This document shows positions 43,937-52,784 of a DNA stretch of 52,784 nucleotides, piece after piece. The notes under the pieces were generated by a model that had not been told where the DNA came from, searched no databases, and saw only the letters and a program-made list of their open reading frames with translations. This DNA comes from Pseudomonadota bacterium (GTDB lineage: Bacteria > Pseudomonadota > Alphaproteobacteria > SMXQ01), in NCBI GenBank assembly GCA_022566265.1, contig JADFJG010000010.1, positions 1 through 52,784 of the forward strand. Direction: 5' to 3'. Every line of letters starts with the position of its first letter. Positions within the stretch are counted from its first letter, which is position 1. The translations under genes were made by a program, and so were the position numbers.

Positions 43937-44389
43937 TTAGCCCTCCCTGGCGGCGCGTTGGATGGCGCTGATGATCCTGGTGTAGGTGCCGCAGCGGCAG
44001 ATGTTGCCGTTCATGTGCCGCACGATGTCGGTCCGGCTCGGCTTCGGGTTCTTGGCCAGCAGTTCCGCCGCCTTCATGATCTGCCCCGACTGACAGTAAC
44101 CGCACTGGGGCACCTGTTCGGCGACCCAGGCCTTCTGCAGGGGATGGGACGAATCGGGCGACAGCCCTTCGATGGTGAGGACACGGGCGCCCTTCACCGC
44201 CGAGACTTCCGTCTGGCAGGACCGCACCGCCTTGCCGTTCACATGTACCGTGCAGGCGCCGCAAAGGCCGGCGCCGCAACCGTACTTGGTGCCAGGCAGC
44301 TTGAGATGATCCCTAAGCGCCCACAGAAGCGGCGTGTCCGGCGCCGTGTTCACCGTCACCCGCTTGCCGTTGAGAGTGAATGCAACCAT
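43937..44389 (-). CDS. (2Fe-2S)-binding small subunit of the oxidoreductase
   Basis: [12 protein letters not shown].. and [15 protein letters not shown] cysteine clusters. Trimmed to the ATG at 44387-44389. Confidence 0.9.
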   Translation of the reverse strand: MVAFTLNGKRVTVNTAPDTPLLWALRDHLKLPGTKYGCGAGLCGACTVHVNGKAVRSCQTEVSAVKGARVLTIEGLSPDSSHPLQKAWVAEQVPQCGYCQSGQIMKAAELLAKNPKPSRTDIVRHMNGNICRCGTYTRIISAIQRAAREG

Positions 44390-44629
44390 GAAGCTTCCCT
44401 TCCCGAAACATGTTCTCATCCGCCGCCACCGCCTGGCGGCGCGGCTCCGGGGCCGAATGATTATGGCGACTCGAATGGGGGAATAGGTGGCCTAGAGAAA
44501 CTGACCCAAGAACGCCTCCCGCGATCCTTACGCGCCGTCCCGGTTTCTCTTTATCGTCGCCAAAGGCTACTCCCGGCCCGGTCCGGAGTCACGCGGAATC
44601 GCGGTGCGGGCGCAGCGGGACCAGGGAGC

Positions 44630-47284
<2,655 letters not shown>

Positions 47285-47360
47285 CGCTGAACCTTCTTCC
47301 GGATTTGGCTGGGTTAGTTAATAGGCGGTCACCGCCCGTCTCGGCAAGGGGCGTGTGCGG

Positions 47361-48155
47361 CTAATCGTCCTCGGCCCGGCGGACCATCCTGGCGATCTCT
47401 TTCTTGACCAGCCCCTTGACCATGGGCGCGAGATTCTGATCGAGCCAACCCTTGAGCATGGGCCGGATCATATCCTTGACAATATCCTCCAGCGTATTGC
47501 CGGCGCCCAAGGAGACGTTGTTCTTGCTTTGCGGCTCCTTGACGATCACCTTGGCCAGAGCGGCAAGGGACTCGGTCGAGGCGGCGGCGGTTTCCTCGGA
47601 AACAAGGGTATCCGCCGTCTTCTCTTCCGCCGGTTCAGGCGGCTCGGCCTCCCCGGCGTCTTCCACGGCGTCGGCGGCGACGGCTTCCGCCTCGTCGTCG
47701 GACTCGTCTTCGCCCGCCGCTTCCTCTTCCTCTTCCTCTTCCTCTTCCTCTTCCTCGGCCGCGGCTTCGGGTTCGTCTTCCTCGACGGTGTCGGGCTCGC
47801 TCATCCCGCCCTCCGGTTCCTCGTTCTCGGCCGCCTTCTCGTCCGACTCATCGGCGTCCTCGGTGAGACTGGTGGTGGTTCCGTCCTCGTTGACCATTTC
47901 GGTCAGTTCGAGGACATCCTCCTCGGCCTCGGCGTGGTCGCTACGCTCGCCGTTCGCCGCCTCGGCGGCCTCTTCCGGCTCGGCCTCGGCGGCCTCTTCC
48001 GGCTCGGCCTCGGCGCCGTTCGCCGCTTCGGCTTCCTTTTTCGCCCCCTTCTCGGCGCCACCCTCCGGTTCTTCGTCGCTTTCGGAGATTATGCGGCGAA
48101 TGGAGGCAAGGATTTCCTCCATCGTCGGTTCTTGCTCATCCTTGGCTTCACTCAT
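47361..48155 (-). CDS. popZ: DUF2497 protein, PopZ-like pole-organising protein
   Basis: The N-terminus EQEPTMEEILASIRRIISE and C-terminus TLEDIVKDMIRPMLKGWLDQNLAPMV match my memory of Caulobacter PopZ. The middle is highly acidic, Pro/Ala/Glu-rich. Confidence 0.8.
   Translation of the reverse strand: MSEAKDEQEPTMEEILASIRRIISESDEEPEGGAEKGAKKEAEAANGAEAEPEEAAEAEPEEAAEAANGERSDHAEAEEDVLELTEMVNEDGTTTSLTEDADESDEKAAENEEPEGGMSEPDTVEEDEPEAAAEEEEEEEEEEEEAAGEDESDDEAEAVAADAVEDAGEAEPPEPAEEKTADTLVSEETAAASTESLAALAKVIVKEPQSKNNVSLGAGNTLEDIVKDMIRPMLKGWLDQNLAPMVKGLVKKEIARMVRRAEDD
47721..47756. repeat. Hexanucleotide microsatellite (TTCCTC)x6 inside popZ
   Basis: Six perfect copies, encoding 12 consecutive Glu. 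Confidence 0.95.
47961..48008. repeat. 24-bp perfect tandem duplication inside popZ
   Basis: CTCGGCGGCCTCTTCCGGCTCGGC twice in tandem, encoding AEPEEAAE twice. Confidence 0.9.
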
Positions 48156-48272
48156 CGCCCGGCCATCCGAGGTCCCCATGAACACAATATGAGGCAATTT
48201 TGCCCTATCAATGTAACAAAAGTGTCAACAGATGGTAAATTTCCCCCGGTCCGGCGCGCCGGACCACGGCAC

Positions 48273-49682
48273 CTAATCGCTCCCCTTCGGCGCGCCGAAC
48301 CACCTGTCGCGCACCGACCTGTAATTTCCTTCGAAATCGTAAATTTTCACCGGCAGGCCGAGATGGACCGCCGTCAGGCGGCCGACAGCCAGCTTCAGCT
48401 CATGGCCGGCAATGATCTCGTCCCGTTGGGAGCGTACCAGGTTGACCTCGGCATCGAGAAGTTCCTGCTCGGCGTCGAGGATATCGAGGACGATCCTCGT
48501 CCCCACCAGCGCTTCCGTCTCGACGCCGATCAAGGCGATCTCGTTGGCCCGGACCTCTTCCTGGAAGGCCCGCACCCGCGCCCGCGCGGTCGAGAGGGAT
48601 TCCCAGGCCCGGGCCGCGGCCTCGATGGCGTTGCGCCTCGCCTCGTGGACCTGCTGGCGGCGCTGCGACGCCACTTCCTTGGTCTCGCGCAGCCTGGAAT
48701 AGACGTCTCCCGCCTGGTAGAGCGGGATCGTCAACTCGGCCATGATCTCGCCCCGGTTTCTGCTGCTGGTGGGGGACGAGGCTTCGTCGGAAGCCGACAA
48801 GGTGCCCTTGACGTTGAGCTCGGGCAGCAACTCGCCGTGGATGACCTTGATGTCGTCCCGCGCCGCCTTCTCGTCGAATTCGGCGGCGATGACGTCCGGA
48901 TTGGCGCCGCCCGCCAGCTCCTGGGCCTCCGTCTCGCTCGCCGGCAGATCCTTGAGCGTCGGCTGGGCAAGTTCGCCCGGCGCCTCGCCGATGATATTGC
49001 GGTAGATGGCGCGCGACGATATCAGGTTACCCTCGGCCTGGACCCGGTCCGCCGTGGCGCGGGCAAGGCGCGCTTCGGCCTGGGAGACGTCGGTGCGGGT
49101 GACTTCGCCGACCCGGAAGCGGTCGCCGGTCGCCTGGAGTTGACGCCTCACCCTCTGCACGTTCTTGATGTTGAGTTCGACCACCGCCAGGTCGCGGAAC
49201 ACGTCTACATAGGCCCGGGTGCCGGACAGCAGCACGCCCTGCTCGACCGAGGAAAGCCGCGCGCGGGCGGCGCGGACCTCGTTCTCCGCCCGGGCGGTCT
49301 CGGCGGTGGTGCGCCCGCCGCGGTAAAGCGGCTGGGTAACGGTGATATCCGCCGTCGTCGGCTCGGTCGTTCGGACATGGGGCGTGGTCGTCGCGCTGTC
49401 GGTGCGGGTGATCCCGGCCTCGGCCGTCAGGGTCACCGTCGGTCGCCAGTTGGAGAGTGCCTGGGGCACGGCCTCGTCGATGGCGCGCAGGCGCGCCCGC
49501 TCGGCCAGCAGTCTCGGATTACTGTTGTAGGCCTTGGCCAGCGCCTGATCGAGGGTATCGGCGAAGGCCACGCCAGGAGCAAGCGCCGCCACGAGCAACG
49601 GCGCCATGGCCAGGCGCGCGAGCCATCCCCGGCAGCGGCCCCACGGTTCCCGCCCGCGCAACCGAACGCGCCTCGTGATCAT
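48273..49682 (-). CDS. tolC: TolC-family outer-membrane channel; start uncertain
   Basis: Signal peptide ..APGVAFA, then TLDQALAKAYNSNPRL.. and two internally repeated OMF halves. Confidence 0.88.
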   Translation of the reverse strand: MITRRVRLRGREPWGRCRGWLARLAMAPLLVAALAPGVAFADTLDQALAKAYNSNPRLLAERARLRAIDEAVPQALSNWRPTVTLTAEAGITRTDSATTTPHVRTTEPTTADITVTQPLYRGGRTTAETARAENEVRAARARLSSVEQGVLLSGTRAYVDVFRDLAVVELNIKNVQRVRRQLQATGDRFRVGEVTRTDVSQAEARLARATADRVQAEGNLISSRAIYRNIIGEAPGELAQPTLKDLPASETEAQELAGGANPDVIAAEFDEKAARDDIKVIHGELLPELNVKGTLSASDEASSPTSSRNRGEIMAELTIPLYQAGDVYSRLRETKEVASQRRQQVHEARRNAIEAAARAWESLSTARARVRAFQEEVRANEIALIGVETEALVGTRIVLDILDAEQELLDAEVNLVRSQRDEIIAGHELKLAVGRLTAVHLGLPVKIYDFEGNYRSVRDRWFGAPKGSD

Positions 49683-49846
49683 TCCTGGTCTCCCTCCCGA
49701 AAGCGGCGCGGGCCGTATACGACCTTATCTTCCTCAACCGCCTTCGCCGGCCGTTATAGGCATGAGTGGAACCATCGCGCAACTTCCGCGTCCCCGGTAT
49801 CCGATGTGATGAGGTACAATGCGGATGCTGAAATCTAGAATAAAAA

Positions 49847-50503
49847 CTAGAAGACGAAGCCGGCTTCGGCGGCGAAGCCCGGCAGGAGCGGCGTCGCCGC
49901 GTCGAACAGGACGCGCCGGGACAAGACGCCCTGGTGGCGCGTGACCAGGATCGCCCTGCCCAATCCGGCGCCGTTCTTGACGACGGCGACAAGGCGCCCG
50001 CCTTCCGCCAGCTGAGCGCAGATGTCATCGGGAATTCGCGCCAACGCGCCGTCGAAGAGGATGACGTCGTAAGGCGCTTGCTCGGCGTAGCCTTGCCTCG
50101 GATCGGCCTCGATCACCACCGCATTGTCGACGGAGAGCTCGGAAAGCAGCCGCTGTGCCGCCGCCGCCAGGTCGCGGTCGCTTTCCAGCGCCACCACCAT
50201 ATTGGCCAAGCGCGCGATCACCGCCGCCGAATAGCCGGTGGCGCAGCCGATATCGAGCACCACGTCCGTTTCCTTGATCTCCGCCGATTGCAGGAGCCTC
50301 GCCAACACCATCGGCTCCATCAGGTAGCGGCCCCGGGCGATGGCGATGTCCTCGTCGACATAGGCGACGCCGTGATGGGATTCGGGTACGAAGCGCTCGC
50401 GCGGGATGTCGCCCATGGCCTCGATGATCAGGGGATCGGTGACCTTGTTGGGACGGATCTGGCTCTTCACCATGTTGGCCCGGGCGGCGGTGTAATCGGG
50501 CAT
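49847..50503 (-). CDS. Protein-L-isoaspartate O-methyltransferase family protein (second, divergent paralogue)
   Basis: MVKSQIRPNKVTD..IPRERFVP.. and SAM motif VLDIGCATGYSAAVI. The ATG at 50501-50503 has AGGAA upstream. Confidence 0.85.
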   Translation of the reverse strand: MPDYTAARANMVKSQIRPNKVTDPLIIEAMGDIPRERFVPESHHGVAYVDEDIAIARGRYLMEPMVLARLLQSAEIKETDVVLDIGCATGYSAAVIARLANMVVALESDRDLAAAAQRLLSELSVDNAVVIEADPRQGYAEQAPYDVILFDGALARIPDDICAQLAEGGRLVAVVKNGAGLGRAILVTRHQGVLSRRVLFDAATPLLPGFAAEAGFVF

Positions 50504-50637
50504 GACGGTTCCTGAACTGGAGCTCGGTTTCGGCGCGGCGGCGGCCGGCGCCAAGGCAAACGTTCCCGGTTATATACTTGCCCCGTAGCCTGAAAACAAT
50601 GGCGCTCGAGCGCCCTTCACCCGCCGCCACGCCCGTC

Positions 50638-50666
50638 TTGACCGCTATCGGGCAAGGTCCTATATC
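50638..50666 (+). promoter_or_regulatory. Candidate sigma70-type promoter for tRNA-Cys
   Basis: TTGACC (50638-50643), a 17-nt spacer, then TATATC (50661-50666), 37 nt before the tRNA 5' end. Confidence 0.35.
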
Positions 50667-50703
50667 TGCCTCGGCTTGAAGCGGCGCGGTGGCGGCCACG
50701 TTC

Positions 50704-50777
50704 GGCCGGGTAGCAAAGTGGTAATGCACGGGACTGCAAATCCCGCAACGCCGGTTCGATTCCGGCTCCGGCCTCCA
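50704..50777 (+). tRNA. tRNA-Cys (anticodon GCA)
   Basis: GGCCGGGTAGCAAAGTGGTAATGCACGGGACTGCAAATCCCGCAACGCCGGTTCGATTCCGGCTCCGGCCTCCA. Anticodon loop CTGCAAA, U73 discriminator, encoded CCA. Confidence 0.92.
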
Positions 50778-50955
50778 GCCCCTTACCCTTTTGCCGTCGC
50801 GCGGGCCTGCCCGTTTGAGGGCATGTTACCTTAAGGGCATGTTTACGAAGTTCTGGCATTGGCAAAACGGCTTTGCTATAAACCGCCGCCACCGCTTGGC
50901 GGCAAGGGCCGAGGGCGGTATCTGAATTTCTCGACATTGAATTTTGAAGCCCTGT

Positions 50956-51031
50956 TCCCCGGTAGCTCAGTTGGTAGAGCGGGTGGCTGTTAACCACCAT
51001 GTCGCTGGTTCGAGTCCGGCCCGGGGAGCCA
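50956..51031 (+). tRNA. tRNA-Asn (anticodon GUU)
   Basis: TCCCCGGTAGCTCAGTTGGTAGAGCGGGTGGCTGTTAACCACCATGTCGCTGGTTCGAGTCCGGCCCGGGGAGCCA. Acceptor TCCCCGG/CCGGGGA, anticodon arm GGTGG-CTGTTAA-CCACC. Confidence 0.92.
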
Positions 51032-51041
51032 TATAGGAGAA

Positions 51042-51073
51042 GGGGTTGAGCCTAATAGGCCCAGCCCCTTTTT
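51042..51073 (+). terminator. Rho-independent-type terminator after tRNA-Asn
   Basis: Imperfect hairpin GGGGTTGAGCC-TAATA-GGCCCAGCCCC followed by TTTTT. Confidence 0.55.
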
Positions 51074-51179
51074 CCGTCAGGGTACGCTATGGGTACGCAT
51101 TATCTTTGGGGTTCGCCCCGATAAAGGGCAAAAAGAGGGGGCCGGAGCCCCCTGAGTGTCAAACGTCCCACATGTGGGA

Positions 51180-51809
51180 CTATTGCGCCGCCGCCAGCCG
51201 TTCCAGGTCAAGCAGGGCCGAAACCGCGAACCGATCATGTAGGTCTAGCGTGCCCTTCGGTGCAAAGGGGCTCGGCGGGTTGTCGGACTCAAACTTCATC
51301 TTCGAATACACCCGCAGTTTCGCCGCCGCGTCGGCATAGGAACGGCATGGGGTTTCCAAGATCACAGCTTCCAGGCGGTCGGCCTCGGCCCCGGGCCCGG
51401 TTTCCCGGGTCTCGTCAGTTGTGTCGTCGGTGTTGTAGCGATCAGCCGCCGCGCTCCACTGGCGTTCCAGTTCGGCTAGATCGCGTCCCGGCCTGTTTCC
51501 TGCCTCTTGCGCTAGATCGGGCCGCCCGTCACGCTCCTGCCGCTCGACAATCTCCGGGCCGCCGATCATGGCGGTGTGGGCCTCATCCCATTTGGCCCGG
51601 AGCTTGGCCGCGCACTCGCCCAGTTGCTCGCCCACGAAGAAAACGGCGTTGCTATGGGTATCGTCGCCGGCGGTGGCCATCCCCTCGGCAATCGTAAAGA
51701 CGGCATCGGCCCCTTGGATCATGCTGCGGATCAGGGGCTCAAGATCGCCGAAGGCGTCTCTGAACTCGCGGTCGTACTCGGCCTGTTTTTCGGGAGTAAC
51801 TGTTTCCAT
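51180..51809 (-). CDS. Hypothetical acidic protein
   Basis: ORF-track frame. Start set at the second ATG (51807-51809), 7 nt after GGAGGG. I recognise no family. Lower-GC context. Confidence 0.5.
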   Translation of the reverse strand: METVTPEKQAEYDREFRDAFGDLEPLIRSMIQGADAVFTIAEGMATAGDDTHSNAVFFVGEQLGECAAKLRAKWDEAHTAMIGGPEIVERQERDGRPDLAQEAGNRPGRDLAELERQWSAAADRYNTDDTTDETRETGPGAEADRLEAVILETPCRSYADAAAKLRVYSKMKFESDNPPSPFAPKGTLDLHDRFAVSALLDLERLAAAQ

Positions 51810-52059
51810 TTTCATGCCCTCCGTCAGAGCCAGGATCGGCCTGGCGCCGGGCGGTTGACAACGGCTATAGAACCGTCCCGGGTATTCCCCGAAGGTATTG
51901 TATTTCCTGGGCCACCCGACTGGAAGGTACGCAAAAACCGGCTGACGGGCCGGTATCCGTCTCTAGAGCGTTGTCAAACGCTGGGGGAATTAGGCGCTCA
52001 GGTGGGGGGAGGTGTCAATATCCAATGTCACAATATGCCGATTCGTGATACTGTGACAC

Positions 52060-52419
52060 ATGGGACGAACACCGATATTTGATCGCCCGATGACGGCGGC
52101 AGAGCGAAAGCGCCGGTCTAGGGCGTATGACACTAAGCTCCGTGAGACCATGAGTGCCGTTAAACTTGCGGCCATGCTCGGCGGGTCGCCTCAGTTCTTC
52201 CGAGACATGGAATATATCCAACACCACGGAGTCCCCGAGTGGGATCAGATGCTTGAAAACAGCAAGGGCCAGCTGGTTCTCGGCGCCTCAACCCAGCGCC
52301 AGATGGTGAAGTACCTATCGCCGGATGATCAACGGGAAATTATCGCCGATGCGAAAAAGGACAAGAAAAAGGCTCTTGCCATCTGGCGGCTCATTAAAGG
52401 CGATCTCGGCATCAAATAA
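52060..52419 (+). CDS. Hypothetical small basic protein, possibly a DNA-binding regulator of a mobile element
   Basis: 119-aa ORF. The N-terminal GRTPIFDRPMTAAERKRRSRA is a basic motif of the kind I associate with plasmid/island-borne small regulators. No SD; repeated TGTCA motifs lie directly upstream. Confidence 0.5.
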   Translation: MGRTPIFDRPMTAAERKRRSRAYDTKLRETMSAVKLAAMLGGSPQFFRDMEYIQHHGVPEWDQMLENSKGQLVLGASTQRQMVKYLSPDDQREIIADAKKDKKKALAIWRLIKGDLGIK

Positions 52420-52630
52420 ACAGTCCGGATTTCGGTAAAATTCGTATGCACCCCGTTGTTAGTCATCTGTCACTCTGGCGCCGCCTCGGCAGGGGTGCCC
52501 TGGATACCCCTTACCGTCGCCCGTGACCGCTGTGAGGGTGTGCCTGCTGGGCCTGAGCGTAGGGCCTGCATATATGCTTCGATGGCCTCCCTCAGTTCCG
52601 GCTCGACAGCGCAAAGTTAGTTTGGAGCCA

Positions 52631-52680
52631 TTAACCCAATGTCCGCTTATGACCCAAAGCGGACATAAGCTCGGGGTTAA
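52631..52680. repeat. Nested palindromic hairpin element
   Basis: Inner perfect 10-bp arms ATGTCCGCTT (52639-52648) / AAGCGGACAT (52657-52666). Outer arms TTAACCC (52631-52637) / GGGTTAA (52674-52680). Confidence 0.6.
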
Positions 52681-52784
52681 ATCGAGGCTGCCACGATGGA
52701 CGCGCTGGGGTTTTATGTTACTGTCCCGACAGCCAACGATCCCACCTGAAATGACCGGTGGGTTTAGGAGTTCGGACAGTGGCG

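Noticed and set aside
48248-48265. A perfect 18-bp palindrome, GGTCCGGCGCGCCGGACC, between tolC and popZ, considered as a possible terminator.
   Set aside because: No U-tract follows on the transcribed (minus) strand; the next bases are GGGGGAAATTTA. It may be a structural or processing element, but I cannot support a terminator call.
52420-52784. A stop-free minus-strand frame entering from the window end (..GTEGGHRSIYAGPTLRPSRHTLTAVTGDGKGYPGHPCRGGARVTDD). A second frame in the same region encodes ..VEPELREAIEAYMQALRSGPAG.. but has no usable start.
   Set aside because: The composition looks non-coding (Cys/Arg/Gly-rich), and the frame crosses the palindromic element. The second frame is bounded by a stop immediately upstream and has no start codon. 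Neither can be assessed without sequence beyond the window.

Overview
This is a 52.8-kb, high-GC (about 65-70% by eye) chromosomal segment with an alphaproteobacterial repertoire: PopZ/DUF2497, DUF815, DUF1499, TrmFO, and NDUFAF3- and NDUFAF6-like genes beside yajC-secD-secF. Most of it is densely packed core housekeeping DNA, largely on the minus strand. Recognisable genes include coaD-gyrA, ssb/uvrA (divergent), trmFO, yajC-secDF, serS-surE-pcm-nlpD-like, tatABC, an Fe(3+) ABC importer, a dgt-argS-SPOR-nagZ-M50-scpAB string, erpA, xthA, ilvD, a two-subunit molybdo-oxidoreductase, valS-popZ-tolC-pcm-like, and three tRNAs (Lys, Cys, Asn). I could not recognise a complete, obviously novel multi-gene system. 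The non-core signal sits in small AT-richer islets and intergenic structures. (1) A low-GC nirK + dihaem cytochrome c cassette, whose second haem domain has lost the canonical axial Met. (2) A 269-bp palindromic MITE-like element lying exactly between secD and secF. (3) An unlisted 30-codon membrane peptide with a strong SD, followed by a short HemJ/PuuD-superfamily membrane protein and a clean terminator. This sits next to a squalene/phytoene-synthase-fold gene whose Asp-rich motifs look degenerate. (4) A near-perfect tandem duplication just upstream of uvrA. (5) A Fur-like palindrome upstream of the iron transporter. (6) A lower-GC segment of hypothetical genes downstream of tRNA-Asn, truncated by the window end. 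Function calls rest on motif recognition by eye and on memory of protein families; no database search was possible. Many start codons were trimmed from the maximal ORFs using SD sequences and family N-termini, and are approximate.
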